Shown one piece after another: positions 47,110 to 56,659 of a stretch of 64,000 bases of DNA; the first letter of the stretch is position 1, and the number at the start of each line of letters is the position of its first letter. The DNA comes from an uncultured Lentisphaeraceae bacterium (GTDB lineage: Bacteria; Verrucomicrobiota; Kiritimatiellia; RFP12; DVOR01), in the NCBI GenBank assembly GCA_949288955.1, contig CASEMS010000002.1, positions 6,490-70,489 on the forward strand, written 5' to 3'. A model generated the notes under the pieces. The model saw nothing but the letters and a program-made list of their open reading frames with translations. It searched no databases and was not told the DNA's origin. The position numbers were made by a program, and so were the translations under genes.

Positions 47110-48430
47110 GATGCGGGATTTCCTGGGGCGGTTGGCGGCACGGCGGCGTTTCGGCGTGCGCCCGGGGTTGGAGACGATGCGGACGCTGTGCGCGGCGTTG
47201 GGGAACCCCGAGCGGGAGCTGGCGGCGATCCATGTGGCGGGGACGAACGGCAAGGGAAGCGTGACGGCGATCTGCGAGGCGGCCTTGCGCACGATGGGCC
47301 TGCGCGTGGGACGCTACACCTCGCCGCACCTGGTGCGGGTGAACGAACGCTTCGTGCTGGATGGGCGGGAGGCGACGGACGAGGAGCTGGGCGCGGCGTT
47401 GGACGAGGTGGAGGCGGCGTGCGCGCGGGCGGGGGTGGAGCCGACCTTCTTCGAGGCGCTGACGGCGTGCGCCTTCGTGCTCTTCCGTCGGGCGGGAATC
47501 CGCCTGGCGGTGTTGGAGGTGGGGATGGGTGGGCGGTGGGACGCCACGAACGTGATCGAGGCGCCGTTGGTCTCGGTGATCACGCGCGTGGCCTTGGACC
47601 ATTGCGCGGTGCTGGGGGAGACGGTGGAGGCCATCGCCGCGGAGAAGGCGGGCATCGTCAAGCCGGGGCGCCCGGTGGTGATCGGGGCGATGGACCCGCG
47701 GGCGAAGGCGGCGATCGCGCGCCGGGCGGCGGAGCTGGGCGCGCCGCTGCACGACGCGGCGGAGGAGATCCGCGTGGAGGCGAGCCGCCGGACGGTGCAT
47801 GGGCAGACGCTGACGTGCGCGAGCCCGGCACGGGATTACCCGGCGGCGCTGACGCGCCTGGCGGGGAGTTACCAGGCGGAGAACGCGGCGACGGCGCTGT
47901 GCGCGTTGGAGCGGCTGGGGGAGCAGGGGCTGGAGGTGCCGCCAAAGGCCTTCGCCGAGGGGCTGCGGACGGTGTCGTGGCCGGGGCGCTGCCAACTGGT
48001 CGCGGCGGACCCGCCGACCTTCCTGGACGGCGGGCACAACCCGGACGCGCTGCGGGCGCTGCGCCAGGCCTTGCAGTCGATGCACGTGCGGCGGCGGGTG
48101 GCCCTGGTCTGCGGCTTCTGCGCGGACAAGGCGGTGGGGGACGCGCTGCGGGAGATCGCCCCGATCGTCTCGGCGGCGTGGGCGGTGCCCTTGGCGAACG
48201 AGCGGGGGCTGCCGCCGGAGGCCTTGGCGGAGACCCTGCGCCAGCGCGGCATCCGCCAGACGCACGTGGCGGCCACGGTGGCCGAGGGGTTGGAGGGCGC
48301 CACGGCCTGGGCGCAGGACAATCAGGGGACGGTGCTGGTCTGCGGCTCGCTCTTCCTGGTGGGGGAGGTGCTGGCGCTGGGGGAGGGCGCGGAGGGGATC
48401 GACCCGAGCGAGGCCCTGCGTGCGCATTGA
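47110..48430 (+). CDS. folC: bifunctional folylpolyglutamate synthase/dihydrofolate synthase
   Basis: 440 aa from MRDFLGRL (GTG alternative at 47066); Mur-ligase-family P-loop GTNGKGS. Confidence 0.85.
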
Positions 48431-49169
48431 CCCGCCGGTGGACAAGGACATCCGCTGGGTCTACGAGGACGCGCGGATGCTCGTGGTGGACAAACCGGCC
48501 GACCTGCCCGTCCACAGCAGCGGAAGCTACCGCCTGAACACCCTGGAGCGCCTCTTGCGCCTCTACCGCCCGGGCAACACCATCCACCTCGTCTCCCGTC
48601 TGGACCGCGAGACAAGCGGCTTGGTCCTGGTGGCGAAGGACCCGGAGATGGCGGCCATCCTGGGCAAGGCGCCGAAGCGGAAGGTCTACCACGTGCTGGT
48701 CGAGGGGCGTTTCCCCGAGGGGCGGCTCTGCGCCGCCGGCGCCATCCGCCGCACCAACGCCCCGCCGGTCTACTCCATGCGCGTGCTGGAAGGGGCCACC
48801 CTCACCCCCACCCTGCCGCCCCTCCCCGACGACCGCGGCGCGGCCACCTGGTTCGAGCGCCTCGGCGAAGGCCCGTGGCCGGGCACCAGCCTGCTCCGCG
48901 CGGAGTTGGTGACCGGCCGCACCCACCAAATCCGCGCCAGCCTGCGTTCCCTCGGCTTCCCCGTGGTGGGCGACAAGGTCTACGGCCCCGACCCCGAGAT
49001 CTTCCTGCGCTTCCGCGAGGACGCGCTGACGGCGGCCGACCGCCAAGCCCTCCGCCTGCCCAACCAAGCCCTCCGCGCCGTGGCGCTGGAGGTCCTCGGC
49101 CGCAGCTTCCGCACCGTCCGCCCCCCTTGGCGCGCGCAGGACGGGCGGGACTTCCGCGCACACGGCTGA
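48420..49169 (+). CDS. RluA-family pseudouridine synthase
   Basis: 249 aa, GTG start overlapping folC stop; catalytic motif HLVSRLDRETSGLVLVAK, RTHQIR. Confidence 0.8.
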   Translation: MRIDPPVDKDIRWVYEDARMLVVDKPADLPVHSSGSYRLNTLERLLRLYRPGNTIHLVSRLDRETSGLVLVAKDPEMAAILGKAPKRKVYHVLVEGRFPEGRLCAAGAIRRTNAPPVYSMRVLEGATLTPTLPPLPDDRGAATWFERLGEGPWPGTSLLRAELVTGRTHQIRASLRSLGFPVVGDKVYGPDPEIFLRFREDALTAADRQALRLPNQALRAVALEVLGRSFRTVRPPWRAQDGRDFRAHG

Positions 49170-49184
49170 ACCGGGCATAAAAAA

Positions 49185-49219
49185 GCCCCCGACCGAGCAA
49201 TCGGTCGGGGGCTTTTTTG
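49185..49219 (+). terminator. Rho-independent terminator
   Basis: GCCCCCGACCGagcaaTCGGTCGGGGGC + TTTTTTG. Confidence 0.75.
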
Positions 49220-49241
49220 TACCCTGCGGGCGGGCGTCTGG

Positions 49242-49305
49242 CGGATCGGCGGCTAACCCGAGGTGGATCAGCCGCTGACCCGAGGTGGATTGGCCGCCGA
49301 GCCGT
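49242..49305. repeat. 22-bp minisatellite family, 3 units
   Basis: ggcggatcggcggctaacccga ggtggatcagccgctgacccga ggtggattggccgccgagccg. Confidence 0.75.
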
Positions 49306-49359
49306 TTCGGGGTGGCGGCCCCAGGGCACCCCCACGGCCGCGCCGAAAAACGGTGGGGC

Positions 49360-49388
49360 TTGTGAGACGGCGGGGGATTTGGTACAAT
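49360..49388 (+). promoter_or_regulatory. sigma70 promoter TTGTGA-17-TACAAT for tRNA-Arg
   Basis: -10 ends 14 nt before the tRNA 5' end. Confidence 0.6.
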
Positions 49389-49402
49389 GCGTCCGTTTTC
49401 GT

Positions 49403-49479
49403 GCGATAGTAGCTCAATTGGATAGAGCGTTGGCCTCCGAAGCCAAAGGTTGCGGGTTCGATTCCCGCCTTTCGCACCA
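49403..49479 (+). tRNA. tRNA-Arg (anticodon CCG)
   Basis: 77 nt; anticodon loop CTCCGAA; T-arm GCGGGTTCGATTCCCGC; encoded CCA; one U-U mismatch in acceptor stem. Confidence 0.85.
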
Positions 49480-49506
49480 TTTCTTTTTCCCGGGAGAGCA
49501 AGCGTC

Positions 49507-50760
49507 ATGGCTGTGGATTTCAAGGCGGCATACAAGACGGTGATGGACGATCATTTCGCGCCGACGCTGGAGATTTCGTTCGTGGATGGGGGGCGCCGCC
49601 AGACGCTCGTCTACGAAAAGGTGGCGTGGACGATCGACGGGGTGCGCAAGGGCCTGCGCTACGGCGAGAACCCGGGGCAGGAGGCGGCGATGTACCGCCT
49701 GACGAACGGCAACCTGACGATCGGCGCGGTGGAGACGATCCTGCCGGGGCGGGCGTTGGTGACGGACGCGGAGCTGCTCCAGTTCGGCAAGCACCCGGGC
49801 AAGATCAATCTGACGGACGCGGACAACGCGCTGAACATCCTGCGCTTCCTCTCGGCCACGCCGTGCGCGGTGATCGTGAAGCACAACAACCCCTGCGGCG
49901 TGGCCAAGGGCGCCACCCTCGCCGAGGCCTACGACCGCGCGAACAAGGCGGACATCCTGGCGGCCTTCGGCGGCTGCATCGCGCTGAACCGCACGTGCGA
50001 CCGGGAGACGGCGGAGCTGATCACCCGCAATTACGCCGAGGTGGTGGTGGCGCCGGACTTCGAGGATGGCGCGCTGGCGCTCTTCGCGGCGAAGAAGAAC
50101 CTGCGCGTGATGCGCATCGGCGAGATGGCCCGCCTGGAGACCTACGCGGCGGAGCGCTTCGTGGACTTCAAGAGCCTGATGGATGGCGGCCTCATCGCCC
50201 AGCTGAGCTATCTGCCCGAGGCGCGGACGACGGACGCCTTCATCCTGCCCGAGGTGGTGGACAAGCAGGGGGTGACCCACACGATCGCACGCAAGCCGAC
50301 GGCCAAGGAGCTGGATGACCTGCTCTTCGGTTGGCTGGTGGAGAGCGGGGTGACCTCGAACTCGGTGCTCTTCGTGAAGGACGGGGTGACCGTGGGCATC
50401 GGCACCGGGGAGCAGGATCGCGTGGGGGTGGCGGAGATCGCCCGCGACAAGGCCTATCGCAAACTGGCCGACCGTTACGCGCGGGAGACCTACGGCACGC
50501 CCTACAACGAATTGGCCGACGCCTCCAAGCAGGCGGCGTGCGACGCCTTCGCCAAAGAGACGAACGGCGGCCTGAAGGGCGCGGCGATGGTCTCCGACGC
50601 CTTCTTCCCCTTCCGCGACGGCGTGGAGGTGGGCATCCGCGAGGGCGTCTCGGCGGTGGTGCAGCCCGGCGGCGCCATCCGCGACTGGGACATCATCGAT
50701 TGCTGCAACGAGCACGGCGTGGCGATGGTCTTCACGGGCCAGCGCAGCTTCCGCCACTGA
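49507..50760 (+). CDS. purH: AICAR transformylase domain protein (PurH C-terminal domain only; no IMP cyclohydrolase/MGS domain)
   Basis: 417 aa from MAVDFKAAYK; aligns to PurH from YGEN(P/S) through C-terminal SDAFFPFRDG...QPGG(A/S)IRD...HG(V/I)AM(V/L)FTG.R.FRH; N-terminal ~200-aa IMPCH domain absent. Confidence 0.75.
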   Translation: MAVDFKAAYKTVMDDHFAPTLEISFVDGGRRQTLVYEKVAWTIDGVRKGLRYGENPGQEAAMYRLTNGNLTIGAVETILPGRALVTDAELLQFGKHPGKINLTDADNALNILRFLSATPCAVIVKHNNPCGVAKGATLAEAYDRANKADILAAFGGCIALNRTCDRETAELITRNYAEVVVAPDFEDGALALFAAKKNLRVMRIGEMARLETYAAERFVDFKSLMDGGLIAQLSYLPEARTTDAFILPEVVDKQGVTHTIARKPTAKELDDLLFGWLVESGVTSNSVLFVKDGVTVGIGTGEQDRVGVAEIARDKAYRKLADRYARETYGTPYNELADASKQAACDAFAKETNGGLKGAAMVSDAFFPFRDGVEVGIREGVSAVVQPGGAIRDWDIIDCCNEHGVAMVFTGQRSFRH

Positions 50761-50770
50761 GGGCACGGCG

Positions 50771-51367
50771 ATGCGGCGGGCCTGCATGGCGTTGGGACTG
50801 GTTGGGGCGTGCCTGCTCTGCGGGTGCGCGGCCACGATGGAGCGGTACGCGAACCCGGACGCGCTCACGATGCGCAGCCCCGTGTCGAACGCGCGGTCGC
50901 TGGACATCCCCAAACGTTTCTTCGACGACGAGCTCCCGGCGCGCTTCCAGCACAAGGGCATCGGCATCATCAACGACCAGGAGACCTTCCTCCGCCTCTG
51001 GGCGGCCTACAACACCACGGACACGACGGCCCTGCCCCCCTCCATCGACTTCGAGAACTTCGTGGTGCTCTTCATCTATGACCCGGAGTATTACAACCGC
51101 ATCTTCATCCGCGGCCTGAATGTCTGGGAGGGCATCGCCAACCCCATCGTCGAGCGCACCAACTGGAAGCTCTCCATCGGCGGAGACCCCAAGATGCGCG
51201 AGATCCGCGAGAAGCAGGGCCTCTCCGTGCCCGAGCCCAAGGTGAACGTGGGGCTGTTGGAGCTGCTGCGCAACAAGCCCGGGCGCCCCGGCGTCACGGC
51301 GGTGTTGGTGGAAGGTGCGGAAGACCCCGCCGACAGCCTCGTCATCCCCGTCCCGGAGGCCCCCTGA
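50771..51367 (+). CDS. lipoprotein, function unknown
   Basis: 198 aa; signal peptide with lipobox LLCGCA. Confidence 0.6.
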   Translation: MRRACMALGLVGACLLCGCAATMERYANPDALTMRSPVSNARSLDIPKRFFDDELPARFQHKGIGIINDQETFLRLWAAYNTTDTTALPPSIDFENFVVLFIYDPEYYNRIFIRGLNVWEGIANPIVERTNWKLSIGGDPKMREIREKQGLSVPEPKVNVGLLELLRNKPGRPGVTAVLVEGAEDPADSLVIPVPEAP

Positions 51368-52086
51368 TGCACCGCCAGCTCACATTCCGCCAGGCCTGTG
51401 AGCGCCTCCGCATCCCCGAGCAGACCCTCCGCGACGCGGTGAAATACGGCGAGGTGCCCTGCCGCCGGCAAGGCGACGAGGTGGTCTTCGACGCCGACGA
51501 GCTGGCCGCCTGGGGATCCCGCCGCATCCTCGCCCTGCGCGAGCGCGACCTCCTCCCCGAGCACGCCGCCTCCACCCGCCTGGAGGCCCGCACCCCCGCC
51601 GAGGACACCCTCCTGCCGCAGCTCCTCAAGCCCACCTACGTCGACCTCGACTTCCGCGCCAAGACCCGGAAAAGCGTCATCCGCGACCTCGTGGACATGG
51701 CCGACGGCCTGGAGCTGCTCTGCGACCCCACCGACCTCCTCCGCCAGTTGGAGGAGCGCGAGGCCGTCTCCTCCACCGCCCTCCCCGGCGGCATCGCCCT
51801 CCCGCACCCCCACCATCCCGACCCCTACCTGATCATGGAGCCGTTCATGTTGGTGGCGCGCGCCCGCAAGCCCATCTGGTTCGGCGCGGACGACGATGCG
51901 CCGACCGACCTCTTCTGCCTCCTCTGCTGCGGCGAGAACATGCGCCACCTCCACGTCCTCGCCCGCCTCTGCATGATGATCCGCGAGACGGACTTCCTCG
52001 AAGCCGTCCGCGCCGCCGAGACCCCCGAGGCCGTGACCGAGGCCGCCTTCGCCGCCGAGCGCGCCGTCCTCGCCAAACTCCGCTGA
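51367..52086 (+). CDS. HTH (Xis/MerR-like) + PTS EIIA(Ntr)-type (PTS_EIIA_2) regulatory protein
   Basis: 239 aa; N-terminal helix-turn-helix; C-terminal EIIA fructose/Ntr family with phospho-His region GGIALPHPHH; TGATG overlap with upstream gene. Confidence 0.6.
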   Translation: MHRQLTFRQACERLRIPEQTLRDAVKYGEVPCRRQGDEVVFDADELAAWGSRRILALRERDLLPEHAASTRLEARTPAEDTLLPQLLKPTYVDLDFRAKTRKSVIRDLVDMADGLELLCDPTDLLRQLEEREAVSSTALPGGIALPHPHHPDPYLIMEPFMLVARARKPIWFGADDDAPTDLFCLLCCGENMRHLHVLARLCMMIRETDFLEAVRAAETPEAVTEAAFAAERAVLAKLR

Positions 52087-52142
52087 CACCCGCGGCCCGA
52101 CCGCACGACGCCCCGCACCGAGAGACAGGCCGGGGCGTAGTG

Positions 52143-52151
52143 TGCTATACT
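52143..52151 (+). promoter_or_regulatory. extended -10 promoter TGcTATACT; predicts leaderless kinase mRNA
   Basis: -10 ends 7 nt before ATG at 52159; no SD. Confidence 0.4.
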
Positions 52152-52158
52152 GTCCTTT

Positions 52159-54330
52159 ATGGCACACACGGACAGCGATGAGGCCCCTTGGGCGCTTGCC
52201 CCCGGCGAGCGGGTGGGCGACTGGCGCGTCGTGGCGCGCCTTGGCCGCGGCGGCATGGGCGAGGTCTACGCCGTCGAGGGCCAGGAACCCGGCCCCAAAC
52301 TGGCCCTCAAGCTGTTCACGGCCGAGGGGCGGGACGCGGCCTTCCTGCGCCAACGCTTCGGCGACATGGGCCGCGCCTTGCAGACGTTGGGGCACCCACG
52401 GGTGGTCAGGGTGTCGCAAACGGGCGAGCTGTGGGCGAAAGGGCGCCAATGGCCGTTCGTGCTCATGGCGTTGGTGGGAGTGACGCCCGAGGTGCGCGCG
52501 GAGGCGTTGCGCGCCCCCTCGGCCCTGCTCGACGCCCCCGAGCCGCCGCCCGAGGCCGAGTTGGTCTCCCTCACCGCCGCCGACCTGCTCGCCACCCCCG
52601 GCTCCCTCCCCGCGCCCCTCTTGGAGCGTCTGTGGGCGGACGCCGCCGGGGCGCTCCGTTGGCTCCACGCGCAGGGCATCGTCCACGGCGACATCAAACC
52701 CGCCAACCTGCTGCTCTCCGCCGGGGGCCATGCCACCTTGGCGGATTTCGGCTTGGCGCGCATCCAGGAGGAGGCCTCCCGGCCAGTGGGTTACGAGCCG
52801 ACCCTGCCCGATCTGCGCGAGGCCATCCGCGGCACCCCCGAGTATCTGGCGCCCGAGCTCCTCCGCGGCGGGGCGCCCACCCCGGCGGCCGACCTCTATG
52901 CGCTGGGGCTCACCTTCTTCCTCCTGCGCACCGGCGTCCCCTACGTCGATGGCCCCGTCACCCGCCTGCTGCTGGAGGGGGATCTCCCCCTCTCCTGGCG
53001 TGGGCGTTTCCAAGCCCTGCTCTGCCACGACCCCGCGGCCCGCCATTGGCCCGACACCTCGCGGTTCGTCTCCCGGCGCGTGGCCTTGGCCCTCGGCGGC
53101 GCGGCGTTGCTGGGCGCCTTCGGCGGCGGCGCGTGGGCGGCGTGGGCGGCGTGGCGCGCGCCCGCGCGCCGTTGGGCCAGAGGCGAGCCCCTGGCCCTTG
53201 GGATCGGCGAGCGCGCCTCGGTGGGGCAGCCCCTCGGCACCACGTTGCCCCCGCTGGTCCTTGGCAGAGGGGCGGGGCTCACCTTCGCGCTCGGCGGCGG
53301 CTCGTGGCGGTTGGGCGAGGCGAGCATCGACGAGACGGCCACCCTGACGCTCCGAGGGCCGGGCAGCCTCCTCTTCCCCCGGGGCGAGCGGCACGCCTTC
53401 CGCGGGCGCCTCCGTCTCACCGAGGGCGCCACCGCGCACTTCGAGAGCAAAAGCCAGGGCAAGCCCGCCGTCGCCGTCGAGCGTGGGGCGACCCTCTCCA
53501 TGAACACCGGGAACAACCGTTACGCCAGCGAACAGTTCCGCGAGATCGATCTCTCGCGCGGCGGGAGCTTCCGCTCCGACGGCCGCCGCCTCTACCTGGA
53601 TTACCGCCCGCCCCTCGCCGTCCGCCTCGGGCAGGGCGCACGGTTCGCGGGGGACATCGTGGCCTGCGGGGCGCGCGTCCATGCCGAGAGCGGCGACTGC
53701 CGGTTGGAGGGGCGCGGGCTTTATCTCTGGTCGGGGCTGGCGCTTTCCGCCGCCAAGGGCGCCACCCTCACCTTCGATGGCGGGCTCTTCATGTATGACT
53801 ACTGGAAGACGTGCAGCCTCGACGTCTCCGAGAACGCCGGGACGGTCATCCTCGCCTGCCCCACCTTCCGCCCCCTCTGCGCGGTGAACCTCCGCTCCGG
53901 GCGCACCGTGCTCCGCACCAAGGCCGCACAGGACGTCAAGGGCAATTGGTGCCGCAAGAAGACCTGCCAGGATTGGCACCTCGCCGCGGGCGCCACCCTC
54001 GCCGGCACGGGCGGCGTAACCTTTTCGCCCACCACGTGCCTGCGGGTGGCCTCGGGCGGCATCCTCGAAGGCGGCGAGGGCGACGCAGGCACGCTGACTC
54101 TCTCGCGCGCCCACCTGGCCTCCGGGGCGATCCTGGACTGCCGCGGCGGGCGTTTGGCCTTCGGCTGGCTGGCGGGCGAGGGCGTCGTCTCCCTCCGTTG
54201 CGGAGGCGCCGCGCCCGGCCCGCTCTTCACCTGGGAATCCGCCCTTGACCCCCTCCCCACCTTCCGGGCCGAGGATCTTCCCCCCGGCCATTCCCTGCGC
54301 GTGGGGGCAAACGCCGTGGAATTGGCATGA
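52159..54330 (+). CDS. serine/threonine protein kinase with C-terminal beta-rich (beta-helix-like) domain
   Basis: 723 aa; Hanks motifs GxGxxG(E)VY, ALK, HGDIKPANLLL, DFG, GTPEYLAPE; one internal hydrophobic segment; Gly/Thr/Leu-rich repeats in C-terminal half. Confidence 0.85.
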   Translation: MAHTDSDEAPWALAPGERVGDWRVVARLGRGGMGEVYAVEGQEPGPKLALKLFTAEGRDAAFLRQRFGDMGRALQTLGHPRVVRVSQTGELWAKGRQWPFVLMALVGVTPEVRAEALRAPSALLDAPEPPPEAELVSLTAADLLATPGSLPAPLLERLWADAAGALRWLHAQGIVHGDIKPANLLLSAGGHATLADFGLARIQEEASRPVGYEPTLPDLREAIRGTPEYLAPELLRGGAPTPAADLYALGLTFFLLRTGVPYVDGPVTRLLLEGDLPLSWRGRFQALLCHDPAARHWPDTSRFVSRRVALALGGAALLGAFGGGAWAAWAAWRAPARRWARGEPLALGIGERASVGQPLGTTLPPLVLGRGAGLTFALGGGSWRLGEASIDETATLTLRGPGSLLFPRGERHAFRGRLRLTEGATAHFESKSQGKPAVAVERGATLSMNTGNNRYASEQFREIDLSRGGSFRSDGRRLYLDYRPPLAVRLGQGARFAGDIVACGARVHAESGDCRLEGRGLYLWSGLALSAAKGATLTFDGGLFMYDYWKTCSLDVSENAGTVILACPTFRPLCAVNLRSGRTVLRTKAAQDVKGNWCRKKTCQDWHLAAGATLAGTGGVTFSPTTCLRVASGGILEGGEGDAGTLTLSRAHLASGAILDCRGGRLAFGWLAGEGVVSLRCGGAAPGPLFTWESALDPLPTFRAEDLPPGHSLRVGANAVELA

Positions 54331-54923
54331 TGAGACCCCCCGAGACCCCCAAGACCCTTCTGCGCAACCTCTCGGATCCCGCCGCGGAGGACCTCCACTG
54401 GTCGCGCCTCGTCGCCCTCTACACCCCCGTGGTCTCCGCCTGGCTGCGTCTGCGCGGGCTGCGGGACGACGCGTTGGAGGAGGGGACGCAGGATGTCTTC
54501 GTGCGCTTGGTGCGTGTGCTGCGCACCTCGCCGCACGACCCCGCCCGCGCACACTTCCGCACCTACCTGGGATGCGTCGTCGACAGCGTGGCCCGCGACC
54601 GTCTCCGCCGCCTCCGCGCCGACCGCGCCCGCCTGGCCGAGGCGTGGCATAACGGCGAGAGCGTGGTGCAACCCGAGCTCCCCATCGACGAACGCTTGGA
54701 CGCGCAATTCCGGCTGGCCGCTTACGAGGTGGTGGTGGGCCGCCTCCGCCGCTCGCCCGACCTCAGCCCCCTCCAACGCGAGGTGCTGGAATCCTGCATC
54801 CTCGGCTGCGAACGCCCCCGCGACGTCGCCAAGCGCCTTGGGCGCCTCGCCAACACCGTCGTCCAAACCCGACGCCGCCTGCTCCGCACCATCCGCGCGG
54901 AGGTCGACGCCCTGTGCGAATGA
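54327..54923 (+). CDS. ECF-family RNA polymerase sigma factor
   Basis: 198 aa; sigma70 region 2 and region 4 HTH; ATGA overlap with the kinase stop. Confidence 0.7.
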   Translation: MMRPPETPKTLLRNLSDPAAEDLHWSRLVALYTPVVSAWLRLRGLRDDALEEGTQDVFVRLVRVLRTSPHDPARAHFRTYLGCVVDSVARDRLRRLRADRARLAEAWHNGESVVQPELPIDERLDAQFRLAAYEVVVGRLRRSPDLSPLQREVLESCILGCERPRDVAKRLGRLANTVVQTRRRLLRTIRAEVDALCE

Positions 54924-54998
54924 GCCGCGCCACCGAACGCCCTCCCCATCCCGCCGATTGGCGAAAGGACAAAAGAGGCGACGCGCCTTGCCCGGATT

Positions 54999-55007
54999 TG
55001 CTATACT
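54999..55007 (+). promoter_or_regulatory. extended -10 promoter TGcTATACT for tRNA-Pro
   Basis: 17 nt upstream of the tRNA 5' end. Confidence 0.45.
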
Positions 55008-55024
55008 GCGCGCTAACCCTTTCA

Positions 55025-55101
55025 CGGAGCGTAGCGCAGCCTGGTAGCGCATCTGCTTTGGGAGCAGAGTGTCGGGGGTTCAAATCCCCCCGCTCCGACC
55101 A
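55025..55101 (+). tRNA. tRNA-Pro (anticodon TGG)
   Basis: 77 nt; acceptor CGGAGCG/CGCTCCG; anticodon loop TTTGGGA; T-loop GGTTCAAATCC; encoded CCA. Confidence 0.9.
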
Positions 55102-55255
55102 TTTCCCCTCGAACGCCGCGTGCCCAACGATCGCCTCTCCCAGATTGCCCGCCACCATGCGTCTTCCCGTGTGGCCGCCACGCCTGATTTTCGGGCAACG
55201 GTTGCACGGCGCGGACGAGCTTTGCTAAACTGTGCCCATAGCCAAGGAGGTTCCC

Positions 55256-55714
55256 ATGGAAGACGAGAAGTTGGATGAGAAGCTGAACGAGGCGCCCGTC
55301 ACGGACGAGGACGTCGAGATCATGCCCACGGACATCGTGTTCGACTGCCCGGTGTGCGGCCACAACCTGGTGGTGGACTATCGCGCGGCGGGCCTTCAGG
55401 TGCCTTGCTCGTCGTGCGGGAGCATCATCCAGGTGCCCATCCCCGAGAACATGCATTTGGAGGACTTGGACTGCGACCCCGGCGAACTGCTCCAGCAGCT
55501 GCTCCAGACGCGCCGGATGCTCGTCAAGGCCGAGGCCGCCGCCCAACAGGCCGGGGAGAAGGTGGTGGAGCTAACCCAGCAGCTGGCCGATTACCGCAAG
55601 ACGCTCCTGGCCGTCAAGGGCCGCGTGGAGACCTTGCAGGAGGCGGCCGACCTGGCGAACGCCACCCGCCAGGACGTGCTGGACATCATCGCCTCGGCCG
55701 GCGGGGGCAAATAA
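55256..55714 (+). CDS. zinc-ribbon protein with coiled-coil C-terminus
   Basis: 152 aa from MEDEKLDEK (AAGGAGG SD 5 nt upstream); CPVCGH...CSSCG. Confidence 0.55.
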   Translation: MEDEKLDEKLNEAPVTDEDVEIMPTDIVFDCPVCGHNLVVDYRAAGLQVPCSSCGSIIQVPIPENMHLEDLDCDPGELLQQLLQTRRMLVKAEAAAQQAGEKVVELTQQLADYRKTLLAVKGRVETLQEAADLANATRQDVLDIIASAGGGK

Positions 55715-55719
55715 GCCGC

Positions 55720-56655
55720 ATGAAGCCCAAGATTCGTTTCCGGCATCGCCTGGAATATGCGGGCCTGCGCACGGTGCAGGCCCTGCTGACGGCTTTCCCG
55801 ATCGCCTGGGTGGGGGCCGCCGCCAAGGGGATCCTGCGCGTGGTCTTCCGCCTGTGCTGGCCGGTGCGGGCGGAGACGGTATCGCGCGTGCGGGAGGTCT
55901 TCGGCCCGGAGACCCCGATCGCCGTCTGCCGGGAGATCGCGCGCACCTCCGTCTGGAACCTGCTGATGAACTTCGTGGAGATCTTCCACGCGGGGCGGAT
56001 GGACGCGGATTACCTGCGGGCGCACATGGAGGGCACCGACGCGGCCAAGGCCACGCTCCAGGCGCTCATCGACAAGCACGGGGGCGTGGTCATCGCCCTG
56101 CCGCACATGGGCAACTGGGATTTGGCGGGCGTGGCGTGCGCGCACTTCGGCATCCCGCTGATGGCGTTGGCGCGCGCCCAGAACAACCCCTTGGTGGAGG
56201 CGTGGCTGGTGCGCAACCGCCTGGGCAACTTCGAGGCCGTCGACCGCCGCTACCCCAGCTCCTTCGTGCGCATCGCCCACCATCTCAAGAGCGGCGGCGC
56301 CTTCGCCATCCTGCCCGACGTGCGGCACAACAAGCCCGGCGTGGGCGTCACCGTCTTCGGCAAGCCGGACGTCCAGCTCGGCAAGGGCATGGCCAAGTTC
56401 GCCCGCATGGCCAACGTGCCCATCGTCCCCTTCTTCATGGAGCGCCTCGACGCCTCGCACCATCGCCTCACCTTGGGCGACCCCATCCTCCCCGACCTGG
56501 AGGCCGACGCCGAGGCCGACGCCAAGCGCCTCACACAGGCGGTCTGGGATCTCTTCGAGCGGCGCATCCGAGCCAACCCGGGGCAATGGTTCTGGCACAA
56601 CCGCCGCTGGATCCTCACCCCGCTCTACACCCAGACCCGCCACAAACACGGATAA
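55720..56655 (+). CDS. lipid A biosynthesis lauroyl/myristoyl acyltransferase family (LpxL/HtrB-like)
   Basis: 311 aa from MKPKIRF; LPLAT-type HX4D-like region (LPHMGNWD) and overall LpxL architecture. Confidence 0.65.
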   Translation: MKPKIRFRHRLEYAGLRTVQALLTAFPIAWVGAAAKGILRVVFRLCWPVRAETVSRVREVFGPETPIAVCREIARTSVWNLLMNFVEIFHAGRMDADYLRAHMEGTDAAKATLQALIDKHGGVVIALPHMGNWDLAGVACAHFGIPLMALARAQNNPLVEAWLVRNRLGNFEAVDRRYPSSFVRIAHHLKSGGAFAILPDVRHNKPGVGVTVFGKPDVQLGKGMAKFARMANVPIVPFFMERLDASHHRLTLGDPILPDLEADAEADAKRLTQAVWDLFERRIRANPGQWFWHNRRWILTPLYTQTRHKHG

Positions 56656-56659
56656 GACC

